A DNA stretch of 64,000 bases from an uncultured delta proteobacterium (GTDB taxonomy: Bacteria; Desulfobacterota; Binatia; JACPRU01): contig CAVUWD010000019.1 in the NCBI GenBank assembly GCA_963745025.1, positions 1 to 64,000 of the forward strand. The letters run 5' to 3'. The notes under the pieces were generated by a model. The model ran no database searches. It was given only the letters and a program-made list of their open reading frames with translations, and was not told where the DNA came from. Below are positions 11,201 through 22,387 of the stretch, piece by piece. Position 1 is the stretch's first letter; the number at the start of each line of letters is the position of its first letter. Made by a program: the position numbers and the translations under genes.

Positions 11201-12101
11201 GTCCCCCGACGTCACCGGCAAGATCGAGGTGCTGTGGGGTGTGCTCCGCCCGGATCTCGATTTCCTGACCAAAGCACCGAGCAAACGCGATCCGACGATT
11301 CACGTCGTGTCGGCGACCGCCGCTGAACCCTCGACGAGCGAGGAACACCCGGCGCCCCCGCCGAGCGCAGGCTCGGACACGTACAAGAACCTCGCGCTCG
11401 ACGTGACGCTGATCATCCATCGCAACACGTGGATCAATCATTTGAATGCTTCGACGGAATTGCAGGGACAGGTACGCGCCGAGAAGAAGGCCGGCGGAGA
11501 CCTCCGCCTATCGGGAGCGATCGAAACCGTCCGCGGGTGGATGGTGTTCCAGGGCCGCCGCTTCATGCTCTCGCACGGCGTCATCAGCTTGACCGGCGGG
11601 CCCGAAATCGATCCGTCGCTCGATGTCATAGCCGACTATAAGCGCGGCGAGTACACCGTCCACGTAGTGATCGGCGGCACGGCAAGCGCGCCCTCGCTGA
11701 AGCTCGAGAGCGAGCCTTCGCTCTCGCAGGCCGACATCTTGTCGGTGCTCGTCTTCGGCAAGCCGGCGAAGGAACTCAACGAAGCACAACGCGCCGACAT
11801 GAAGCAGCGCGCAGGGCAGATCGCAACTTCCTACGCCGTGAGTGAGGTTGGACAGTCCATCACGGAGGCCCTCGGCCTTACGGGGCGAGGAGTGCAGGTG
11901 GAGGAGGTGTCTGCGGAGCGTGTCGCCCTAGGCGCGTACGTTTCCGACAGGACCTACGTCACCGTCGGGCAAAGCGTGGCCGGGAAGCAAGGTCAGCAGG
12001 CCTCCGTCGAGTACGAGCTCACGCGGAGCTGGGGTGTGGCGACTTCGACGACTTCGGACGGTGCTAGCGGTGCGGACGTCATCTGGAAGAAGCGCTACTG
12101 A
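8289..12101 (+). CDS. tamB: Translocation/assembly module TamB family protein
   Basis: ATG overlaps the TamA stop; N-terminal TM, long beta-rich body, DUF490 C-terminus (LESEPSLSQADILSVLVFGK...GADVIWKKRY). Confidence 0.88.
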   Translation: MSRTRIPRLLLRGVLALGLLLVTLLAGLYAFTFTDTFRELAREQALALLHGSFRGEVGVERIEGSVWGDLRLETVSLRYDGIEVVRIPEVTLRYALLPLLRGRLEIARIGLRSPAIDLRGDERGQWNLADALQPPPDAPPSSGGGFPLLIASLELAEGRISVTPCRGSGTCFLDGVALDAAIGVEAAGIDADVRRLSLRLAAEGLPLAWLDASVRYRGSQSPARAEVRRLTLSTESSRIGLHGAVASPENPRELSTDATLTIATLARSDVAVFAPQWTLDQAITGALRLSGRANDLRAHLELAAGQARVRGDVHADAVSATPAADGEIEILDLDLGRAVQGAGAGGIAELRAHGSVRGTALAGARGDAHLEIRGTSYGEWRLGDLDTTASLAGERASVEGDLRGESGKASWKAAAKLSGDERFEATVAVDHLDPKRFARGVESGDLTLRASAEGSGFALDRQRSHVLVRLERSRLGKLIVEGGRADLRIADRRLQIAELAIDAPDASIRGNGDVALDARAQGEAHVQAKLANLAPWLALARLDGRGGIDLDASVRGAPTDLTAKGKLVATAVGVSQSSIERGVLDFDFSGLGGTSPAGRLAASIRGVRSAVSLRSANLEAGLSTARGANSQPRLQADTALAVQDLTGRNHRMGLRIGYEAAALNATITELHLEPPEGSLDLRHPAVVAVRGGAITLDGLDLAGKGPTVAASARLSRSGNQRLQVAIDRLPLEWLRAFSASAPEMSGAITAHIGLDGTAAAPHIAVTMQARDLRIAGQPYAGLRAALEYRQPAAAMDLRFDQDEKHALTATARLPLDLRWDPAALVRVSGDLDVAARSNGLSLAFLNAVSPRTLQRVSGEIVLDVESHGPIERPAPHGTVALRGGTVAVPPLGLEVDAATAELSVAPDAIRITKLSAAAADGRLDGGGTISLAGYAPDRLDLRLAVDRWPAIATSRYRSDLSGEIFCRGTAASPDVTGKIEVLWGVLRPDLDFLTKAPSKRDPTIHVVSATAAEPSTSEEHPAPPPSAGSDTYKNLALDVTLIIHRNTWINHLNASTELQGQVRAEKKAGGDLRLSGAIETVRGWMVFQGRRFMLSHGVISLTGGPEIDPSLDVIADYKRGEYTVHVVIGGTASAPSLKLESEPSLSQADILSVLVFGKPAKELNEAQRADMKQRAGQIATSYAVSEVGQSITEALGLTGRGVQVEEVSAERVALGAYVSDRTYVTVGQSVAGKQGQQASVEYELTRSWGVATSTTSDGASGADVIWKKRY

Positions 12102-12214
12102 ACCGCCATCGCGGGCCTGATCATTCCGTGAAGCGTCACATTTGCGCCGAAGAACAAACTTCGTCGCATCGATTTCGTCCCAACCCGATTCCAAGTTACG
12201 AAAATCGTTGAGTT

Positions 12215-13061
12215 CACTAGGCGTATAGTGCGCCGCGTTGAGCAAGACGTTGGTCACCGCTTGGATGAGCCGCGTCTCGTCGGCGTCCACCCAGATCGCG
12301 TCCTGCGGCAATTCGATCCGGAGAACGTGCTCCTTGCGTTCGATGAGCGGCTGAGCGTTCTCCACCGCCTTCGCCAAGACGTCGTGGAGCCGTAGACACT
12401 CTATTTGCAGCGCGAGCATTCCGCGTGTGATCCGCGATACATCCACCAGATCGTCGACGAGCCGCACGATGTACGAGACCTGACGGTCGATGATGTCACG
12501 CGCGTGCTGGAGCTTCGGGTCGCTCGACCCGATCAGGCGCATGATCTGAACGGCACTTCGTACCGAAGCGAGCGAGTTGCGCAGCTCGTGGCCGAGCAGC
12601 GCGAGGAACTCGTCTTTGGCGCGGTTCGCGGCCTCCGCCTCGCTCCTCGCTCGCGAAAGGGAGGCCTCGACCTCTGCGCGGGCCTGAATTTCCCGAGCAA
12701 GCCGTTCCTCGCGAGCGCGCGCCTCCATCCCATACACCTCCGCTCGCCGTCGCGCGCGATGGAGGGCCTCGTTGAGGGTCGAGAGGAAGATGTTGACCGC
12801 CGTGAAAAGCGTGACAGCGACGAGGTCGCCTGGGTTGCGGAAGTCTAGAGTGCGGGGGGTAGCGAGCGACACAAGAGCCGTCCCCGTGAGCGTAGCAACA
12901 AGTCCAGGTCCAAGGCCGCCAAACCAGCCCGCAAACGCGACCGCCGGGTAGAACGTAATGAAGGGAACCTTGACACCGAAGATCGGGATGAGCTCATCCC
13001 GCGCGAGTGCCGCTAAGAGCACAGCGAGGATCGCGGCCCCGTATGCTGAGAGGCGATTCAT
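12215..13061 (-). pseudogene. Sensor histidine kinase (DUF4118-type TM domain + HisKA), ATPase domain truncated after the N-box
   Basis: AKDEFLALLGHELRN H-box and NVLLNAAHYTP N-box; no G1/F/G2 boxes; ORF runs on as non-homologous sequence into the tamB antisense strand. Confidence 0.8.
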
Positions 13062-13502
13062 AGCAGGAGCGATACCACCTCTGCGCCGAATGCCCTTGGC
13101 TCGTCAAACAGACGATCCCTTTTTTGAAACCACAGAATCGCGGACGACCTCGGTACCTCGCATGCGCCCGCACTCGTGCGATTCAAGCCGCCCTCGCCCC
13201 CTCGGTTGACGCCCCATCGGTATAGCGCAAATGCGCGAGCGCCAGTCAGTAAGCGGGCGCGGCTGAGTCCTCTCCTCTTCAGCTATGGCGACGGGCGGCG
13301 CGCTTCATACGGCCGGCCAGCGTGCGAAGCCGGGACCATTCCAATGTAGCGCGATTGTAGGCGCACATTTCGTATCTTACGTCGTCGTTGACTCGGGAGC
13401 GAAATCACTAGACAAGGTCCGATCGGGGCCCAGTGAATTCATTCGCCGCGACGGTCAATTCACCAGCGGCCGTCAGTCGGCAGCCAGCGAGAAGGAGAGA
13501 CA

Positions 13503-13925
13503 ATGCCAAAAAGGCGGAAGAGCGTAGTGGAGAACGTGCTTGGTTTTGTTGCTCAAGCGAGGGCAGCTGCCAGTAAGGCGCTCTCGAACCTCCGAGGAGA
13601 GATCGTCGCGACGAGGAAGCACCTGGAAACGCTCATTGCCGAGGAGCGGAGTTTCCGGCTGGATCTCTTCGGCACCGGTGGACCGGCGAGACCGCGTGGG
13701 GGTGGTAAGAAGGTCGGCCGACCAGCAGGTAGGCCGGCTGCCGCGGGGAAGCCTCGAAGGAAGGGACCACCGAAGGCCGATACGTACTTCAAGAAGTTGC
13801 CGGGGAAGTTTACTATCGATGACGTTCGAAAACTTGCCGGCAAGGCTACCGGGATCAGCTTGGCGCAATGGGCCCGAGCGAAGAAGGTCAGGAAGACCGC
13901 GAGCGGGTATCAGAAGGTGGCGTAG
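13503..13925 (+). CDS. Basic hypothetical protein, candidate nucleoid-associated DNA-binding protein
   Basis: AAGGAG RBS; K/R-rich; coiled-coil N-terminus, GRPAGRP linker, compact C-terminal domain. Confidence 0.75.
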   Translation: MPKRRKSVVENVLGFVAQARAAASKALSNLRGEIVATRKHLETLIAEERSFRLDLFGTGGPARPRGGGKKVGRPAGRPAAAGKPRRKGPPKADTYFKKLPGKFTIDDVRKLAGKATGISLAQWARAKKVRKTASGYQKVA

Positions 13926-14057
13926 CGGCGGCTCGATATGGATCATTGAGGATGGCGTACATGAAGCGCGCTGTTGCCATGGAAAGGGCAAGAAGCATGT
14001 CTGTCGGCGCCGCTCTCGGCGAAGTCACGCTCGGTCGTACAACACTGCTGAGAGCAC

Positions 14058-14088
14058 AGTCGTCATAACGGTCGATCTCGGACGCCGG
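14058..14088 (+). repeat. dif/Xer-like 28-bp site, copy 1 (AGTCGTCATAA CGGTCG ATCTCGGACGC)
   Basis: 27/28 identical to the copy at 37066; identity ends 3 bp past the 28-bp core. Confidence 0.6.
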
Positions 14089-14106
14089 GGACTCGAGCCG
14101 GCCGCC

Positions 14107-14547
14107 TCAGAGGAATTTTTCCCTGGTGTGCAGGCGGGTCAGGTGAATCTTCTTCATCTTCCACGCCGCGCCTTCCTTGACGTACTCCTCGTGATAATGA
14201 CCCCAGCCCTCGAAATGGCAGGTTGGCAGCATGACGTAGTCGAACATCGCCCAGATGCCACGCGCCGTGGTTGCGCTGGTCAACTCGAGCTCGGGCATGA
14301 AGCCCTGGTGAATCGATTTCGCACCCGTCATCAGCGTGCTGGCACCCTTGACGAGTTCGGCACGCCCTTCCAAACCGACATCGACGGGCTGCTCGGGATT
14401 GGCGCGCGGCGCGCCCTCGTAGAACGCCGACACATCGGCGGTGAAGCAATCCGCCCAGGCTTCCCATTGCTGGGTATCCATGAGACGGAAATAACGCGCC
14501 TTGAGCTGCCGGATCGCTTCCAGATCATTCATCTGATCGATGGTCAT
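14107..14547 (-). CDS. NTF2/SnoaL_4 family protein (BaiE/LinA-like dehydratase fold)
   Basis: DLEAIRQLKARYFRLMD, ARGIWAMFD, GWGHYHEEY motifs. Confidence 0.88.
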   Translation of the reverse strand: MTIDQMNDLEAIRQLKARYFRLMDTQQWEAWADCFTADVSAFYEGAPRANPEQPVDVGLEGRAELVKGASTLMTGAKSIHQGFMPELELTSATTARGIWAMFDYVMLPTCHFEGWGHYHEEYVKEGAAWKMKKIHLTRLHTREKFL

Positions 14548-14807
14548 CGTTGCTCTCCCGTGAGATTGGGTGGCCGGTTAGAGGAACGCCGCGACGATAG
14601 GCCACCTGCGCATTCGCTGCAAGCGCGCGGACGCGATCAGCGCGTGGACACGTTAAGCGCCTCGTGGGACGGTCAAATTAGCAGTGCGTGACGCAGTTGC
14701 GCTGCGATGGCATTTCGACAAGGCACAATCTCTCCGAGCCGTGGGCATGGTCAGATTTGCTTGCTCGACTACACCGTGGCCGCGGAAGAACGCTGGAGGA
14801 GAGGAAC

Positions 14808-15818
14808 ATGCGACAAGGACTGCTTTTCTACGGGAATCTTTCGCTCGCTGATAGCGTCGCGGTCGGCCGCGCGGCGGAGGAGGGGGGCTTCGACTCGCTG
14901 CACTACGTCGAGGCCTACCGGAGTCCCTTTGTTGCGTTGGCGGCGCTCGCGAACGCGACCCGCCGCGTCCGGCTCGGAAGCTACATCGCGAATGCCTACG
15001 CACACAGTCCGTTCGGAATGGGCATAGCCGCGCTCGACCTGGACGAGCTCTCGGGCGGTCGCTTCGTTCTGGGAGTGGGCAGCGGCAATCAGCATCTGAA
15101 CAAACTCGCCCTGGGCGTCGGCCGTGGCGACGTGCATACGAAGCTTCGAGAGTTCGTCGAGGTCGTCCGTCGCATGGTGAGCGCACCAGAGGGAGAACAG
15201 ATCGCGTTCCAGGGGAAGATTCACAGTATGCGCTGGCGGCAGACGTTGCGGCCTTTTCGAGAGCGCATTCCTGTCCACCTCGCGGCGATCTTCCCAAAGA
15301 TGATTGACGTCGCGGCAACGGTGGCCGACGGGGTCGCGCTTGGAGTGCTCGCTTCACCGGAATACGTGCGAGACATCGTCCGGCCACGCATCCGGCGAAC
15401 AGCCGAGGCCGCGGGGCGAGATCCCGGCACGATCGAGATTCCGATGGGTGCGGTCGTCGCGGTTGACGATGATCGCGCGCGAGCGCGCGATGCAGTCCGA
15501 GCGGCGATTGCGAGCTTCTTCCATCCAATGCCACATCCCTACTACGAATTCCTGCTTCGCGAGCAGGGCTACTCCAAGGTCGCGGACGCGGCGAAGCGCC
15601 TTATGCCGGAAGGGCGCGCGGCGGCAGTGATGGAGATGATTGACGACGAGCTGGTCGACCGGCTCGCTCTTGCCGGAACCCCTCCCGAGATCTCGACGCG
15701 CCTTGAGGACTACCGAGGTCTCGTCGACGAGGTCATCTACCTGAATGTCGGCGGGAAGGGCGCCGCGAATGCCCTCGAGGCGTACCAGCCGCTGTTCGCG
15801 ATCCGGGCGCCCCGGTGA
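14808..15818 (+). CDS. LLM-class flavin/F420-dependent oxidoreductase (Mer-like)
   Basis: AEEGGFDS, ATRRVRLGS, LDELSGGRFVLGVGSG, DRLALAGTP. Confidence 0.9.
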   Translation: MRQGLLFYGNLSLADSVAVGRAAEEGGFDSLHYVEAYRSPFVALAALANATRRVRLGSYIANAYAHSPFGMGIAALDLDELSGGRFVLGVGSGNQHLNKLALGVGRGDVHTKLREFVEVVRRMVSAPEGEQIAFQGKIHSMRWRQTLRPFRERIPVHLAAIFPKMIDVAATVADGVALGVLASPEYVRDIVRPRIRRTAEAAGRDPGTIEIPMGAVVAVDDDRARARDAVRAAIASFFHPMPHPYYEFLLREQGYSKVADAAKRLMPEGRAAAVMEMIDDELVDRLALAGTPPEISTRLEDYRGLVDEVIYLNVGGKGAANALEAYQPLFAIRAPR

Positions 15819-16032
15819 GAGACCCGGCCCGTCGGCCGCGATCCGAACGGTCCTCGGTCCCCGGTGTCACCTGCCGCGACCATCGGCCGCGGAGTAGATC
15901 CCTTCGCGGTTGCGATGCAAGCGAGGCACGGAGTCGGTTGGTAAGCGGCCGAAGGCCGATGGTATACGGCGCCGATGCTCACCGCGCATGCTGCGCGAGA
16001 AGGACGTCGCCGACGCGATGTTCTGAGATTGA

Positions 16033-18275
<2,243 letters not shown>

Positions 18276-18503
18276 GGGCGAACCTGGCGGGAACGGCAAT
18301 GCCGCTCAAGGATGTCTTTCTGCAGCACCCCGCCTGCCGCTACATCATGTTCGGCGACGGCGCGGTAGAATTACCCGGGCCAGATAATCGGCCATCCTAG
18401 CTCATGATCGCGCGCGAAATCTTCAATTCTTGGCAACTTCTCCTCGCGTCGCGGATCGGACGCCTTGAGGCTCGCAGATCAAGTAGTAGTTATTAGGCAT
18501 CAG

Positions 18504-19041
18504 ATGAACCTGTTCTGGGAGACAAGGCGGCTGGCCCAGGCACGTGAGGACCATCTCACGTGCTTCATCGCCGCAGGCGCTTGAAGTCGATACGGCGTTC
18601 CGCGCGGCGTATGGATCCCTCGTGCTCAGACAGCTCGCCATTGCCGGCGTCACACCCCAGATTGCCTCGGTACAGACCCAGGTCCCGTTCCCTGAACAGC
18701 GCTGTTGCCCTGACATGATGCTGGTCTTGGCGGACAAGCGACGCGTGCTGTGCGAGCACAAGATCGACGCGCCTGAGACGCCGCTGTCTACGCCCGAGGG
18801 CGATCCAGCAATGCAGCTGGAGCGCTACCTTGAACTGCCCGATGTCGACGCGGTCGCCTACTTTCGTGCCGCTCTGTCAGCGCCGGCGCGGAGCATACTC
18901 TCGCACGAGCGCTACCTGCGTCCCGAATCCGCTCCTCATTTTCTGTGGCGAGACCTGTACGAACCGCTGGCGCACGGTGAGCACGCGCTGTCGTCATGGC
19001 TTCGAGAAGGTTTCGAGAGACTCGGCTTCACGCCACCATGA
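18504..19041 (+). pseudogene. PD-(D/E)XK nuclease-like protein, frameshift near 18575, probably 3'-truncated
   Basis: MNLFWETRRLAQAREDHLTCFIAA joins in the +1 frame to ALEVD...CCPDMMLV...VLCEHKID...QLERY. Confidence 0.6.
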
Positions 19042-19049
19042 CCGAGGTC

Positions 19050-19199
19050 GTGTATGCGGGGTCGTTGCGCGCGATACCCGACGACGGCAAACCGACGTTG
19101 AAGGGCATGGAGGTCGTGCTCGATGCCGCAGCGAAAGAAAATCTCAAAGCGAAAAGCATGACGGTGTAACAGCTGTTGGATCTGCGGTTCGTTCCCTGA
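19050..19199 (+). pseudogene. C-terminal remnant of an ABC substrate-binding (SsuA/NMT1-like) protein with internal stop
   Basis: DGKPTLKGMEVVLDAAAKENLKAKSMTV*QLLDLRFV resembles tails of this family. Confidence 0.4.
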
Positions 19200-19228
19200 G
19201 CCCTGCAGCGTGTGGATCGTGGACAAAG

Positions 19229-20083
19229 ATGCATCCGTGGATATCAGGTAAAGTTTGGGTTGTGGCAATCTGTCTGGTCTCCGGTCTTCGAGTGCTTGCA
19301 TCCGCCCAGCGAGAGCCTATCGAAATTATCGAAGACAACAGTTTTTTGATCGAAGAAGCCTACAACCAAGAGCCGGGCGTGGTGCAGCATATCTTCCAAT
19401 CCGCCTACAGCAGTGACCCGAGGCAGCGCGGTTGGACCTTTGCCTTCACCCAGGAATGGCCGATGTACGGGCAGGATCATCAGTTTTCTTACACCATCCC
19501 TGGCTATCACCTGATCGATGAAGGAGATCGCCAATACGGGGTCGGGGATGTCCTGCTAAATTACCGCTACCAAGCGCTCGAAGAAGGGCCCGGCAAGCCT
19601 GCGTTCTCGCCGAGATTTAGCTTGATTATACCGACCGGTAGCCGCGATAAAGGCACAGGCAACGGTGTGGTTGGTTATCAGTGGAGCCTGCCGTTTAGCA
19701 AGAAAGTTGCGTCCCGGCTCGCTTTGCACGCCAACTTGGGTATCACTTATCTGCCCGACGTTCGTTCGCCGATGAACGACGGGCAACTCTCGCCGAAGCG
19801 ATCGCTGGTCTCGTCTTGGGTCGGAGGCAGCGCAATCTATGCGCTCTTGCCCCGACTCCATTTAATGTTGGAATGGCTTGGTTACATCCAAGATAACATC
19901 AATGGCTCTGGTAGGGCGGTGCGTACCTTCAATCCCGTCTTATCGCCTGGATTCCGCGCAGCGGTTGTCAACGACGAAGATTTGCAAATCGTAGCTGGCG
20001 CCGGGGTACCCATCGGTCTCAACGGGCAGGCCAACAATATTGCAGCGTTTTTATATTTTTCTGTGGAACATAGATTGTTTTGA
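19229..20083 (+). CDS. Outer-membrane beta-barrel 'transporter' family protein (MetA-pathway/phenol-degradation-like)
   Basis: Signal peptide, IEDNSFLIEEAYNQEPGVVQHI, GVGDVLLNYRYQ, IPTGS, terminal Phe; visibly lower GC than its neighbours. Confidence 0.75.
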   Translation: MHPWISGKVWVVAICLVSGLRVLASAQREPIEIIEDNSFLIEEAYNQEPGVVQHIFQSAYSSDPRQRGWTFAFTQEWPMYGQDHQFSYTIPGYHLIDEGDRQYGVGDVLLNYRYQALEEGPGKPAFSPRFSLIIPTGSRDKGTGNGVVGYQWSLPFSKKVASRLALHANLGITYLPDVRSPMNDGQLSPKRSLVSSWVGGSAIYALLPRLHLMLEWLGYIQDNINGSGRAVRTFNPVLSPGFRAAVVNDEDLQIVAGAGVPIGLNGQANNIAAFLYFSVEHRLF

Positions 20084-20252
20084 CGGACCCTCAGGCACAT
20101 GCGTAACTCGCTATCGGCGGAAGGATTAGGAATCGTATCAGTCTCATGTTTGTTTGTTATCAAACCACTAATCATCAAAGATTTCTCTCCCGTTGTCGCG
20201 GTACAGCCCGATCATATCATCCACTGACATCCCGGCGGCCAGGCCCAGCTGC

Positions 20253-20579
20253 ATGGTCGCCGTTCGGTTCGACGGTCGCCTCGTGAACTACGACCGGCCC
20301 GACCTGGACGAGCTTGTGCTCGCCTATGCCTCCTCGATCCACAAGGCGCAGGGCAGCGAGTACCCGTGCGTGCTGCTACCGATTCACACCCAGCACTACG
20401 TGATGCTGCAGCGGAACCTGCTCTACACCGGGATGACCCGGGGCCGCCGGCTCGTGGTGCTCATTGGCACCCGGCGCGCGCTGGCGATCGCGGTGAAGAA
20501 CGACCGCATCGAGTCCAGGTTCACTCAGCTGGCGAGCCAGCTGGGGAGCCGACAACCGAAGAATATAGTAGGTATTTGA
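20253..20579 (+). pseudogene. C-terminal fragment of a RecD2-like SF1B helicase
   Basis: LAYASSIHKAQGSEY and RNLLYTGMTRGR (motifs V/VI); no N-terminal part. Confidence 0.88.
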
Positions 20580-21087
20580 GCAAGAGCGAACCCGTCGAAG
20601 AGATATCCGGTGAAGGCTCGCTTTTCTCAGGCGTTCCCGTGTCCATGTCCTCCCCGGAGGACGCCCTACTTCTCGAGGAAGCGTGAGGGTCGCGATCTCC
20701 TCACGAAACCCCAGATCTCCGCCTCGAGCGTAGCCGTTGCGGTCAGCAGAGGCGCAATGTCCGACTGGAGCCACGGAGCAAGCGAGAGCTCGCCTACCCG
20801 AGCGATGAAACTCTGCACGTCGATGCCTATACTCTCCATGGCTGGCCTCCATCTCCTTTGCGGCTTTGACCGCGCCTTTAACTTGTGGAGCTCTTTAGCT
20901 ACCACGCTGGAGTGGTGGCCAGCCGCTTCATCCCATCTGTCCTCTGGTTTTCGACTCGAAGCAAAGGAAGACCGGCGCGAAGGCCAAGGCTTGGCGGTGC
21001 ACCGCGCGGGTCTGGTGCGGGAGTTCAAGGAGAAGCAGCCGGCGGCGTACGAGACGGTTTTCGGCAAGTAAATTAAGGAGGAGCAGC

Positions 21088-21534
21088 ATGGGTCAAACAA
21101 AGGCGACGGGTTCGATCGTGGACTTCTTCGAGCGGGACCACCGGGAGATCGATGCGATCCTCTCGGGTGTGGACTTCGACTCTCCGCAGAAGGGACTGCC
21201 GCTCTTCGAGGAGTTCGACCGCAGGCTGGAACGCCACATCAAATGGGAGGAGGAGCTCCTGTTTCCCGCCGTCGGCGCGGCGAGCCCGGGCTTGGAGCAG
21301 GGGCCGCTCTTCGTGATGCGCGAGGAGCACAAGCGCATCAGGGCGGAGAAGGCGGCCGCGTTGGCCGCGCTGCGTGCCGCAGACGGATTAGGGGCGAAGA
21401 CGCATGCGGGGCGAATGGTCGAGATCCTTGGCCAGCACAATATGAAGGAAGAGCGCATCCTTTATCCCGCATGCGACGAGGTCCTCACCGCGCAGGACCG
21501 GCTCAGGATCCTGACCGAGGTGCGCTCCCGATGA
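21088..21534 (+). CDS. Hemerythrin/HHE domain protein
   Basis: DHREID, HIKWEEELLFP, MREEH, HNMKEERILYP; strong AAGGAGG RBS. Confidence 0.92.
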   Translation: MGQTKATGSIVDFFERDHREIDAILSGVDFDSPQKGLPLFEEFDRRLERHIKWEEELLFPAVGAASPGLEQGPLFVMREEHKRIRAEKAAALAALRAADGLGAKTHAGRMVEILGQHNMKEERILYPACDEVLTAQDRLRILTEVRSR

Positions 21535-21571
21535 CCGAATAGAGGCCCATGAGATATCCAGAGCAAGGGGA

Positions 21572-22150
21572 TCAGCCGAGGAAGGGTAAGCGGAGGGCCG
21601 CGAGCAGAGAAGGCGGCGAGGCGATGTCGGATAGCCCGACCTCGATGGCAACGGCCGAGGAGTTCGCGCGGTAGGTTCCGAGCACGCGGTCCCAGATCGT
21701 GAAGATCGTTCCGAAGTTACTGTCGAGCTCCAAGCGAAGGCGCGAATGGTGGAGACGGTGGAGAGCCGGAGTAACGCAGACGTCGGCGAGACGCTCCTCC
21801 AGTTTCCAAGGCAGGTCGATATTCCCGTGCTCGAAGAGGTTTGCCAGCATGAAGAGGGCCTCGAAGGCGGCGACGCCGATGACCGGCGCTCCGACAAGCG
21901 CGATCGCGGTCAGCCGAATCGGCAGCGAGAGCAAGAGCTCTCCGGGATGAAAGCGAAGCCCCGTCGATACGGTGAAGCTCGCGTCCGAATGGTGCACTCG
22001 GTGAAACCGCCAGAGGAACCGGAGGCGGTGATTGGCTCGGTGCCAGGCGTAGGAGACGAGGTCGAGCGCGAGGATCGTCACGAGAATGGCGAGCCCCAGG
22101 GGCACCGACAGGAGGTTCACGAGGTAGAGGTAGTAACCTTCGACCGTTGT
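21572..22150 (-). pseudogene. Sterol desaturase/fatty-acid hydroxylase family, N-terminus missing
   Basis: YAWHRANH, WRFHRVHHSD, RFHPGE, HRLHHS, NFG motifs; 5' region non-homologous. Confidence 0.8.
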
Positions 22151-22387
22151 TACGTACTTGGGGTTCTCGGGAACTGTACGGCGAGCGCCGTCACCCGAGC
22201 CCCTCGCGCCGTTGGCTCCGGCTGAGCAGCCACCGCTCCTTCTCATCGTGGGAAAATTATGCGCGCGGAAGAGCGTTGTTCGTCGCGGTCTCTACCGGAG
22301 ACTGCATAGGGGAGACATACCGTCCGCATCTCGCGTGTCCGGACGGCAGGAAGCGAAAGTAGTCGGTGGGCCGGCGCGAACCGCCGG

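Noticed and set aside
11928-12214. Real antisense overlap of the histidine kinase with tamB
   Set aside because: The sequence after the N-box is non-homologous run-on from a truncation.
20610-21100. ORFs upstream of the hemerythrin gene
   Set aside because: Overlapping ORFs on both strands with no recognisable motif; probably debris.
22240-22270. TTATGCGCGCG resembling a XerC arm
   Set aside because: No XerD-like arm 6 bp away and no similarity to the four-copy motif.
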